Positions 30,291 to 38,741 of a DNA stretch of 64,000 bases are shown here, piece after piece. This DNA is from Myxococcota bacterium (GTDB taxonomy: Bacteria > Myxococcota_A > UBA796 > CAJQPC01): the NCBI GenBank assembly GCA_036012755.1, contig DASCPX010000160.1, positions 1 through 64,000 on the forward strand. Reading direction: 5' to 3'. The first letter of the stretch is position 1. Every line of letters begins with the position of its first letter. Below the pieces are notes generated by a model. That model saw nothing but the letters and a program-made list of their open reading frames with translations, was not told the DNA's origin and made no database searches. A program made the position numbers and the translations under genes.

Positions 30291-31796
30291 GTGGCCAGCT
30301 CCCGCAAGCAGCAGCGCCCTGGCGAGCCCGAAAAGGTCGAGAAGGTCCCGGAGCGGGCCGAGGCCGAAGACCGAGAGGTCGACTTCACCGGCCCGGAGGT
30401 AGCTCCAGCCCAGGCCCAGGGACTCCAGGAGTCGGTCGGCAACGCGGCGCTCGTCAACATGCTCAACGAACACGGCCGCTCGATGGACCTGGAGCCGCCG
30501 CTTGGCAGCGACGTCGAGGTCGGCGAGGGGGGCGGCTTCGACTTCGACGAGGCCTTCGCGGACTACCTCGCCGCGCTTAGCGCCAAGGAGCGCCTCCGGG
30601 GCGGCTACGACGTCGAGGACTGGCGCAAGCTCTTCGGCGGCGATCCTGACGACGATCCTCCGCCCCGGAGACCCAAGCGGAAGCGCATCCGCCACCTCAG
30701 GGTCATCGCCAGCGCCGTTGTGCCGCAAGAGGACGACGACGGCGTCCCGATCCCGGAGTCCCTCCACGCGCACTCGATCCCTCCGCTGGGTCCGGCCTCG
30801 GATCCACGGGGCGACGAGCGCCTCGACGCCCTCTGGGCCTGGCTGCGAGACCCCATCGCCGCAGCGCGGGCGAACCTCGAGCCAGAGGACCTCGTCAAGA
30901 CCGAGGGCCCGCTGGAACGCGTCGCGACCCTCCGACGTTTCCTCCAGGCCGAGGCGGGCGATCCCCTGGCTCGGAGCCTCGCGCGCCTGGCTCGCCCCCT
31001 CCCAGGGCAGAAGTCGCTGGCATCCCAGCTCGCTCGGGCGGCCTCGCTGGTGGAGCTCGGCTGCCTCGTGGAGGCCCAGGCCCTGGGCAGTCTCAGCGTC
31101 GTCAACCGCGCCGCGTCCATAGCCCTGGAGGACGACTGCGGGCTGTCGGCTCGCCGTGCGGCCGCTGCCCTGGCCCCGCGCCTGAGCGCCGAGCGCATCT
31201 GCGAGCACGCCCTCGCAGACGACCGGGCGCCGGAGCTCGCCGTGACCGATGTCATAGCAAAGCGAGGCGCCGCCTTGCTCGAAGCGGCCGTGACGCGCGC
31301 CGTCCGGCCCCAGGCCATCCCACAGATCGACCCGCACGAGCCATACGCCGACAGCGACGACAGCGCGGATGCGTCCACCGCGGAGATCGACGCCCTCCTC
31401 GGCCACGAAGAACCCGCCTCCGAGCTTCGCTTCGAGCAGGTCGCGGTGTCGCTGGAGGCCGCCGACACGCTGCTGCTCCTGGCCGGGCGCAGCCAGGTCG
31501 AGCTGGCAGCTTGCGGCGTCGCCGTCCGCCGGGCGGGCGGTTCCAGGCCGAGGGGGCCCGTCCTGGCCCTGCTGCGCAGCGCCAACCGCCGACTCCGGGC
31601 CCTGGCCCGGAAGACCTCTGAGGACGCCGCACGGGTCGAGGAGCTCGTCGGCCAGCCCTACGACGAGGTCCTCGCCGAGCTCGGCCGACGAGAGGTGGAG
31701 CTGGCCAGGGATGCGACGGACCTGGCGCGCTACCGGGACTCCGCGCTGGCTGCCATCGCTCTCGCCGCGTCCGGACGGCCCTTGGAGCCCTCGTGA
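30291..31796 (+). CDS. Hypothetical helical protein with N-terminal LQESVGNAA motif
   Basis: 501-aa ORF with typical codon usage, divergent from the pseudokinase. Confidence 0.7.
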   Translation: MASSRKQQRPGEPEKVEKVPERAEAEDREVDFTGPEVAPAQAQGLQESVGNAALVNMLNEHGRSMDLEPPLGSDVEVGEGGGFDFDEAFADYLAALSAKERLRGGYDVEDWRKLFGGDPDDDPPPRRPKRKRIRHLRVIASAVVPQEDDDGVPIPESLHAHSIPPLGPASDPRGDERLDALWAWLRDPIAAARANLEPEDLVKTEGPLERVATLRRFLQAEAGDPLARSLARLARPLPGQKSLASQLARAASLVELGCLVEAQALGSLSVVNRAASIALEDDCGLSARRAAAALAPRLSAERICEHALADDRAPELAVTDVIAKRGAALLEAAVTRAVRPQAIPQIDPHEPYADSDDSADASTAEIDALLGHEEPASELRFEQVAVSLEAADTLLLLAGRSQVELAACGVAVRRAGGSRPRGPVLALLRSANRRLRALARKTSEDAARVEELVGQPYDEVLAELGRREVELARDATDLARYRDSALAAIALAASGRPLEPS

Positions 31797-32581
31797 AGAG
31801 CCTGGTCCAGCCGAACGCGACGCCAGAGGTGCTGGCCTTCGCTGCGCAGCGCGCGGCCAGCCTGGGAGACCGGGAGACGGACATCCGCGCGCGGCTGCTC
31901 CTCGTCGTGGCCCTCTGCGAGCGTGGGGCACGCAGGGACGCCTCGGCCCTGATCGACCGGGCAGCCGCAGACGCCGCGGCCATGCCCACCCTCCGACTGG
32001 AGCGCGCGATGGCTCGCGCGGCCATGGGACACAGCGGCGCATTGCAGGAGCTCGAGACTGCACTCCGCCTCCAGCCCGATGAGCGGGGCTGGGCGCTCCT
32101 CGCAGAGGGTCTCAGCCGCCTCGGCGCCTGGGAGCGGGCCGAGGCTGCCTACCTCGAGGCCGCCTCGACCGCCACGGACGAGCTGCCCTCCCTGGCGCTG
32201 CGCCGAGCCGAGAACCTGGCCGTGCACGGGCGCGCCGATGACGCCCTGTCCGCGCTCCAGCCGGCGCTGAAGGGGACCCAGCTGGTGCGCCTGGCGGCGC
32301 TGTTGATGGCAGGCGGCCTGCTCGTCGACCTCGGTCGCGCCGACGATGCCATCGAGGCAGCGATGGAAGCAGGCCACATCGCAGAGGCCCGCCGCAACTG
32401 GTTCGCCTTGTCCTGCGCCGCGATGGACGCCGCCGCCGCCTGGCGACTCAAGGGCGACGACGCACGCGGAGTCTCCATCCTGCACGCGACGCTCACGAAC
32501 ATCCGCCAGCAGGGGGACCCGGGAGTCCTGCTGATGGCCCGGCTCGTAGAGATCCAGCAGGAACAGCGGGCGAAACCCTGA
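31793..32581 (+). CDS. TPR-repeat protein
   Basis: GTGA overlap; ETALRLQPD..WALLAEGLSRLG..AEAAY. Confidence 0.7.
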   Translation: MKSLVQPNATPEVLAFAAQRAASLGDRETDIRARLLLVVALCERGARRDASALIDRAAADAAAMPTLRLERAMARAAMGHSGALQELETALRLQPDERGWALLAEGLSRLGAWERAEAAYLEAASTATDELPSLALRRAENLAVHGRADDALSALQPALKGTQLVRLAALLMAGGLLVDLGRADDAIEAAMEAGHIAEARRNWFALSCAAMDAAAAWRLKGDDARGVSILHATLTNIRQQGDPGVLLMARLVEIQQEQRAKP

Positions 32582-32582
32582 G

Positions 32583-34391
32583 TCAGCGCCAGATCTCGCC
32601 GGCCCCCGGCGCAAGGGTCCTTGCCCCGGCCTCGGCGACGGCGCCGGAGAGCAGCTCCGTTCCCCCGGGGCCCTGGACCGTGATCGACGAGTCGCCCAGG
32701 TTGATGAGCGCAGTGCTGCCATCCTCGAGGCTCCAGACCGGGGGCACCACATCGTTGGGATCGGCGAACTCCGCCAGCGGGCCGAAGTCGGGGCCGCTGG
32801 TGTAGCGCAGCGGGTCTCGAGGCCTGGCGGTGACGCCGATGAGCGCGAGCAGGTCGGGGTCCAAGGCGAGCTCGAGGCGATCTTCGGCCAGCGAGGGGAG
32901 GTCGTCGCCGAGTATCCAGGGCCCTCCGGAGAGCACCTGGGCAACGACGGCTCCGGTCGCCTCCGTATCCGAGAAGGGGTCTCGCAGGATCAGCTGGTCC
33001 GGATCGATCCACCACCACACGCCGTTCTGCCAGCTGCGGGCAGCGGTCGCGCGAGCAGCCCAACGCAGGTACTCCCGGCGCGGGTCCGGGTCGAACTCGA
33101 AGGCGATGTCGGCCCCTGTCCGGTAGCTGTCGGCGTAGCCCAGGGACGGCAACATCGGGGCGCCGCAAGCGAGGATCCAGGTCTGCTCCCCGGCAGCCTC
33201 GCGCAGGATCTGCATGCCGCGGATGTAGGCCTCCATACCGGTGACGTCCTCCTGGCGCACCCCCTCCTGGGCGCCCGCGTAGAGGAAGTCCAGCTTGAGG
33301 TAGGTCCAGCCCTCGTCGACGCGAACGCTGATCTGCTCGGCCAGCCAGTCCGCCGCGTCGGGATGGGTCACGTCGACGATGAGGTAGTCGTGGTCGCCGA
33401 AGTTCGAGAAGGACAGGGGCTCCCCTTCGGCGTCGTGAACGAACCAGTCCGGGTGCTCGTCGTAGAGGTACTCCCGCTCCACGTAGAAGGGCGCCATCCA
33501 GAGGCCAGGGGTGAGCCCCTCGGCCCGAATGTCCTCGGCCAGCTGGGCCATGCCGCTCGGGAAGTCCTCTCCGGCCTCCCACTGTCCCCACTGCACCTGC
33601 CAGCCGTCGTCGATCTGGAAGATCTCGAGGGCCTCGATCTGCGAGGCGACAGCAAGGTTCTCGCGGACCTGCTCCTCTGTGATCTCCGAGTAGAACTGGT
33701 ACCAGGTAGCCCAACCGACCGGCGGATCTTCGCGCACCTGGACGCCGTTGTGGACCCGCGCCGCCAAGGCATAGTCCCCGAAGCCGTCGGCGAGGCCAGC
33801 GGCGAAGCCCCCGTGGACCGGATCCAGCGTCAGCGGGGTCGAGGGGGTCACCGTGATGCGCTCTCCCCGACCTCCCCAGACAAAGGCCGCGAGGTCGTCG
33901 CCGAAGGCCGCGTAGGCCTTCGTCCGCGTCGCCGACAGCGCGCCGATCAGGAAGCACCCGCCGTCGGGCCGACCGGCGAGCCCCACCCACCAGGAGGTCG
34001 CGGAGGTCTCCTCGGTGGCGCTCATCCCGTCCCCATCTCCCCCGGCGACAGGCAAGCCGTCCTCCCACTCCAGCGGCTGCAGTTCGGTGACACCCGACCA
34101 CCACCAGGACTGGTAGCCCTGCTTCCAGACGACGAGGTCCTCGTCTCCGGAGAGCTCCATCTGGCCAGAGAGCACCAGGGCCTCGAAGACCCCCTCGCCG
34201 GAGATCTCGGGCTGCAGGCCGCCCTCGACCTCTGTGAACGAGACCTCGAGCTCACCCTCGCCGTGGACCTCTGCCCGGAGCTCGACGTACCCGCAGTGAC
34301 CCTCGGCCACCAGCACATCTCCCTCCAACCGAAGCGGGTCGCTGCACAAGGCCGGGGCCTCCGAGCTGCAACCGAGGAGGAGGACGAGCAT
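32583..34391 (-). CDS. GH36 alpha-galactosidase-like lipoprotein
   Basis: GWATWY, QIDDGWQ, PGLWMAPF, YLKLDF, RTGAD, IDPD. Confidence 0.88.
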   Translation of the reverse strand: MLVLLLGCSSEAPALCSDPLRLEGDVLVAEGHCGYVELRAEVHGEGELEVSFTEVEGGLQPEISGEGVFEALVLSGQMELSGDEDLVVWKQGYQSWWWSGVTELQPLEWEDGLPVAGGDGDGMSATEETSATSWWVGLAGRPDGGCFLIGALSATRTKAYAAFGDDLAAFVWGGRGERITVTPSTPLTLDPVHGGFAAGLADGFGDYALAARVHNGVQVREDPPVGWATWYQFYSEITEEQVRENLAVASQIEALEIFQIDDGWQVQWGQWEAGEDFPSGMAQLAEDIRAEGLTPGLWMAPFYVEREYLYDEHPDWFVHDAEGEPLSFSNFGDHDYLIVDVTHPDAADWLAEQISVRVDEGWTYLKLDFLYAGAQEGVRQEDVTGMEAYIRGMQILREAAGEQTWILACGAPMLPSLGYADSYRTGADIAFEFDPDPRREYLRWAARATAARSWQNGVWWWIDPDQLILRDPFSDTEATGAVVAQVLSGGPWILGDDLPSLAEDRLELALDPDLLALIGVTARPRDPLRYTSGPDFGPLAEFADPNDVVPPVWSLEDGSTALINLGDSSITVQGPGGTELLSGAVAEAGARTLAPGAGEIWR

Positions 34392-34426
34392 TGTCCCCTG
34401 TTACACCGCGCGGCCTGGAGGTGCTC

Positions 34427-35077
34427 ATGCGCGTCGTCATCACCGGAGCCAATCGCGGCATCGGCCTGGAGCTGGCTCGGCTCTCCCTGGCACGAGGGGA
34501 CGAGGTCGTCAGCGCCTGCCGTGTCGACGAGGGGACCGGTGTCGGCGAGGTCGTCGAGGGCGTCGACGTGACGACGGAGGAGGGGGTCTCGGCCCTCGAG
34601 TCGGCCCTCGGAGAGAGCGCGATCGACCTGTTGATCAACAACGCCGGACTGCTCCATCGGGTGGGACTCGGCGAGCTGGACTGGGAGAGCATCCGGCGCC
34701 AGATGGAGGTCAACGCCTATGGACCGCTGCGGGTCACCCAGCGCCTGCTCCCCCGCCTGCGGCGCGGCTCCAAGGTGGCGATCGTCACCTCGCGCATGGG
34801 ATCGATCGCCGACAACACCAGCGGGAGTCACTACGGCTACCGCATGTCCAAGGCGGCCGTGAACATGGCTGGCGCATCCCTGAGCCGGGACCTGGCTCCC
34901 CGAGGCATCGCCGTCTGCCTGCTCCACCCCGGCTACGTCACGACCCGCATGACGGGTTTCCACGGGAACTGGGGCGCCGAGGACGCTGCGAGGGGCCTGC
35001 TCGACCGCATCGACGAGCTCACCCTGGCCACCAGCGGCGGCTTCTGGCACGCCGAAGGTCAGCGCCTGCCCTGGTAG
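34427..35077 (+). CDS. Short-chain dehydrogenase, CsgA (C-factor)-like subfamily
   Basis: TGANRGIG, NNAG, SRMGSI, YRMSKAAVN, LHPGYV, terminal LPW. Confidence 0.9.
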   Translation: MRVVITGANRGIGLELARLSLARGDEVVSACRVDEGTGVGEVVEGVDVTTEEGVSALESALGESAIDLLINNAGLLHRVGLGELDWESIRRQMEVNAYGPLRVTQRLLPRLRRGSKVAIVTSRMGSIADNTSGSHYGYRMSKAAVNMAGASLSRDLAPRGIAVCLLHPGYVTTRMTGFHGNWGAEDAARGLLDRIDELTLATSGGFWHAEGQRLPW

Positions 35078-35238
35078 GCCCGTGGTCGTTGGACCTCCTC
35101 GCTGGGAGGGGCACGGTCACGAAGTCGGAGGCCCGACGACCACGGTCGATCGCCAGATGCCGCGGCGGGCGCGCGGTTACCGGATCATCCCGAGAACTCG
35201 CGCGTCCCACGGGGCCGCCACCTTCCCCTCCTGAGCTG

Positions 35239-35643
35239 CTACCACTCGTATGACTCAGCGTTGGTCAGCTCCACCGTGTCGCCGCGGCTGGTGAAGATGT
35301 CCGGGTCGAGCTCCAGCACGAGGCGCTCCGCCGGGATCCACTCGAGGACGCGGTTCTTCGCTGTCCCCTCTTCCGGGTAGGTGGAGCCCAAGTTGTCGAG
35401 CATCTCGATCGTGACGTACCTCCCGTCGACGTCGTAGGTCCCCGTCCAATGGAAGTACCAGCCGTACTCGCCGCCCTCGGCCTCGCTCCCCTCACCCACG
35501 AAGTCCGGCTCCACGTCGAACTCGGCCTGCCCGAAGAACCACGCAACGTTGCTGTCCGCGATTGACCACTTTCCATGAAGATCGGACCGCTGTTCCGGGA
35601 ACGGACCGCAGGCGAGCATGAGCACCCATAGGCTGGCGCTCAT
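35239..35643 (-). CDS. Small beta-rich lipoprotein, paralog copy B
   Basis: MLAC lipobox; closely similar to 35836..36249. Confidence 0.8.
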   Translation of the reverse strand: MSASLWVLMLACGPFPEQRSDLHGKWSIADSNVAWFFGQAEFDVEPDFVGEGSEAEGGEYGWYFHWTGTYDVDGRYVTIEMLDNLGSTYPEEGTAKNRVLEWIPAERLVLELDPDIFTSRGDTVELTNAESYEW

Positions 35644-35835
35644 GCGCAGGCTCCCGGGATCCACTCGAAGCGCACGTCGTAGGGGAACTCGAAGGCGGGG
35701 TCGACCACCGATGACTGCTCTTCCGCGATGCACATCATCCTGGCGTGGGGCCGCGGGCCACGAGGTTGGGCGCCGAGGCGAAGAGGATTGCCCGGGCTCG
35801 TCCCCGCGGGGTCATCACCTTCCCCAACCGAGCCA

Positions 35836-36249
35836 CTACCAGTCGTATTGCTCAGCGTATGTCAGCTCGATCGTCGTTCCGGTGAAGACGTCCGGGTCGA
35901 GCTCGAGCACGAGCCGTTCTGTCGGGATCCACTCGAGGACGCGGTTCTTCGCTGTCCCTTCAACCGGCTCGGTGTAGCCCATGTTGTCGAGCATCTCGAT
36001 CGTGACGTTCCTCCCGTCAACCTCGTAGGTACCGGTCCAAGAGAACGACCAGAAGTACGGGCCATCCTCGACTTCGCTAGCCTCGCCAACGAAGTCCGGC
36101 TCGACTTCGAACTCAGCCTGCCCGAAGAACCAGGCCGTGTTGCTCGGCCACTGCCCCGGACCGGCTGGTGACCACTTCCCATGAAGATCGGACCGCTGCT
36201 CCGGGTACGAACCACAGGCGACCATGAGCAACGTCAGGCTGCCGATCAT
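35836..36249 (-). CDS. Small beta-rich lipoprotein, paralog copy A
   Basis: MVAC lipobox; shares PEQRSDLHGKWS, AWFFGQAEF and EGTAKNRVLEWIP with copy B. Confidence 0.8.
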   Translation of the reverse strand: MIGSLTLLMVACGSYPEQRSDLHGKWSPAGPGQWPSNTAWFFGQAEFEVEPDFVGEASEVEDGPYFWSFSWTGTYEVDGRNVTIEMLDNMGYTEPVEGTAKNRVLEWIPTERLVLELDPDVFTGTTIELTYAEQYDW

Positions 36250-36698
36250 GCGCAGGCTCCCGGGATCCACTCGAAGCGAACGTCGAAGGCATGGGCGTAG
36301 CCGCCCCCCCCCGCCGATCGGCATGTCAAGAAATTGCAAACCAGGACGTGGCAGGCTGCTCCTGCGGGTCGGAGTTCCGTCGCCGATGGTGCCGGAGCGC
36401 CGAGCCCGCGCTCGGTAGGACCTGCTGCCTCCGCGCCGCCCTGAGTCAATCAGTCGATCAGAAGACAGGCCGCACAGCGGCCGCGAGTGGCGCCGCCGCG
36501 AAGGACCCGCTGATCAACCGATTCCGTGACGGAGCTTCTCCGTCCGGCTCCGCCTTCTGAGGCCACGTGTCGGAGAGGTCGACCAGGCGGCGTCGGAGGC
36601 TCCGCACGATGGACCGTCGATGTGTCCTGACCGCACATCCCAGGACGATGATGGCGTCAACCGATAGGATGCTCGACCTCTTCGGCCTGGGAGTCTCG

Positions 36699-37322
36699 AT
36701 GCAGATCCGCTCTGACAGCTTCACCGATGGCAGTCGTATCCCCGCTCGTTTCGCGATGGGCAAGCCGGGCGAGGACGGCCCCGTGGCCTTCTCCGACAAC
36801 GACAACCCCCACCTCGCCTGGTCCGGGGCGCCGCTGGGGACGAAGAGCTTCGTGCTCGTCTGCCACGATCCGGACTGTCCGACGGTCGGCGACGACGTGA
36901 ACCAGGAAGACCGGTGGGTCCCCCGCGACCTGCCCCGCTGCGACTTCTTCCACTGGGTGCTCGTCGACATCCCCGCTTCGATCTGTGAGATCGCCGCGGG
37001 CAGCCACAGCTCCGGCGTGACGGAGGGGGGCAAGACACCCGGACCCGCGCAGTCCGGCGTGCAGGGAGTCAACGACTACACGAGCTGGTTCGCAGGCGAC
37101 GAGACCATGGGCGGAGACTACGGCGGCTATGACGGCCCCTTCCCCCCCTGGAACGACCAGCGCCTTCATCACTACGTCTTCACCGTCTGGGCGGTGGACG
37201 TGGAGAGCCTCGGGCTGAGCGGGTCGTTCAACGGACAAGCCGTGCGCGAGGCCCTCGCGGGTCGGGTGCTCGGCGTGGCCCAGATCACGGGCTCATACGC
37301 CATCAACCCAGCGGCGGCCTAA
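36699..37322 (+). CDS. YbhB/YbcL (PEBP/Raf kinase inhibitor-like) protein
   Basis: NPHLAWS, HDPD, FFHWVLVDIP, YDGPFPPWND, HHYVFTV. Confidence 0.92.
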   Translation: MQIRSDSFTDGSRIPARFAMGKPGEDGPVAFSDNDNPHLAWSGAPLGTKSFVLVCHDPDCPTVGDDVNQEDRWVPRDLPRCDFFHWVLVDIPASICEIAAGSHSSGVTEGGKTPGPAQSGVQGVNDYTSWFAGDETMGGDYGGYDGPFPPWNDQRLHHYVFTVWAVDVESLGLSGSFNGQAVREALAGRVLGVAQITGSYAINPAAA

Positions 37323-38476
37323 TAGCAGCAGCGCTTGGCGCGCTCGCCGCTCCCGCACGGGCAGGGAGCGTTCCGGCGCGGCGGTGGCCCGGGACGGAGC
37401 CTCTTCGCCAGGGCCTTGAAGCCTCCGTCGGCGTGGGCGAGGAAGCGCCGAGTCCCCTCGCAGAGCACCCCGGGACCGACCCGCTGGCGGGGGCAGTCTC
37501 CCCAGCAGCGTTGGAGCCACTGGCAGTCGTCACAGTCCGCGTGTCGGGCCGCCTTGGCCATGCCGAAGGCTCGCTGACGCGGTCCCTCCAGCACCTCCGT
37601 CAGGCCCTGCTCTCCGAGCTGCCCCAGCGGCTGGTCCACGAAGAAGTCGCAGCTGTAGAGGGCCCCGTCGTGGTCGACGACGAGGTAGTCGCCGCAGCTC
37701 TGCCGCCGCGTGCAGTCCCCGGCAGGGTGTCCCAGGTAGGTAGCCAGGATCGAGTCGAAGTCCCGGATCACGACGAGCTTGCCCCTGCGCATGTCCGCCT
37801 GCCAGCGATTCCAGAGCGCGCAGAGGAAACGCCCCCACTGCTCGCCATCGATCGACCAGGGCGCCACGGCGGTGGGGTCGTCTGGGTCGGCGTCCGCGGC
37901 GGGGATGAACTGGATGTACGAGAAGCCCAGGGCGACGAGGTTGTCGTAGCGCTCCGCAGCCAGCGTGTGGTTGTAGCGGCTCACGACCGACATCGCGTTG
38001 ACCTCGACACCCGCATCCAGCAGCAAGCGCGCTGCCTTCAGGGCGAGGGCGTGGGTCGGCCGACCCCCACGGGTGGGACGCTCGGCGTCGTGCTGCTCGG
38101 CGTCCCCGTCGATGGACAAGCCGACGAGCCAGCCCTCTGAAGCGAAGAACTCCGCCCAGCCTTCGTCCAGCCCGATCCCGCTGGTCTGGAAGGAGTTCGT
38201 GATCCGCGGGCCCTTGCCATCGCGCTGAAGTCGGGCCGCCCGCTGGTAGAAGTCGAGCCCGGCCAGCAGGGGCTCGCCCCCCTGCCAGATGAAGTCGACC
38301 TGCTCGACCCCGGCGCCGAGTGCCTCGGATACGAGGAGCTCCAGGGTCCGCTCGCTCATTCGCCGGGGGCTGCTCGAGACCTCTGCTCGGTCACGGTAGA
38401 AGCAGTAGCTGCAAGCCAGCGGGCAGTCCGCGCCGACCGGCTTCACGAGCAGCGTCAGGTTGGTCTCAGATGCCAA
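37319..38476 (-). CDS. Anaerobic sulfatase-maturase-like radical SAM/SPASM enzyme with C-terminal SEC-C motif
   Basis: CPLACSYC, WQGGEPLL, LSIDG, YSCDFF, CDDC..C...C, RNAPCPCGSG..AKRCC. Confidence 0.9.
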   Translation of the reverse strand: MASETNLTLLVKPVGADCPLACSYCFYRDRAEVSSSPRRMSERTLELLVSEALGAGVEQVDFIWQGGEPLLAGLDFYQRAARLQRDGKGPRITNSFQTSGIGLDEGWAEFFASEGWLVGLSIDGDAEQHDAERPTRGGRPTHALALKAARLLLDAGVEVNAMSVVSRYNHTLAAERYDNLVALGFSYIQFIPAADADPDDPTAVAPWSIDGEQWGRFLCALWNRWQADMRRGKLVVIRDFDSILATYLGHPAGDCTRRQSCGDYLVVDHDGALYSCDFFVDQPLGQLGEQGLTEVLEGPRQRAFGMAKAARHADCDDCQWLQRCWGDCPRQRVGPGVLCEGTRRFLAHADGGFKALAKRLRPGPPPRRNAPCPCGSGERAKRCCY

Positions 38477-38606
38477 GCCGCTCGATCTCCTCGCGCCAGT
38501 CGGCCTCCGCTCCCAGCTGGGCGAGACGAGTGATGCGTCCTTTCCTCAGGGGCACGAGCGGAGGGCCTCACGCACGATGTCCACCTCGACCGGCGAGTCT
38601 CGCCGA

Positions 38607-38741
38607 CTACTTCTTCTTGCGCTTGTTCTTCTTCTTCTTGGATGCCTTGCTGCGCTTGTTCGCCGGGTCACGGAAGCCCGGCTTGTTCGCCTTGTCCTCA
38701 TCCTTGGAGAGGACGCTCTTGGGGGCCTGGGTCTTGTTCAT
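38607..38741 (-). CDS. 44-aa very basic small protein
   Basis: MNKTQAPK...KKKKNKRKKK; ATGA overlap with the upstream gene; AAG-dominated codons. Confidence 0.6.
   Translation of the reverse strand: MNKTQAPKSVLSKDEDKANKPGFRDPANKRSKASKKKKNKRKKK

Noticed and set aside
21475..32581. Calling the kinase cluster a T6SS, T7SS or Tad/Kil system
   Set aside because: No ATPase, sheath, tube, secretin, pilin or WXG100 genes visible; only an analogy of accessory modules
34427..35077. Assigning the symbol csgA
   Set aside because: The subfamily is widespread; orthology to the M. xanthus C-signal cannot be shown by eye
35078..36698. Integron cassette array
   Set aside because: No convincing RYYYAAC/GTTRRRY attC boundaries and no integrase in the window
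36340..36698. ncRNA or tRNA in the long intergenic gap
   Set aside because: Only short hairpins (e.g. GACGGAG-CTT-CTCCGTC); no recognisable RNA family
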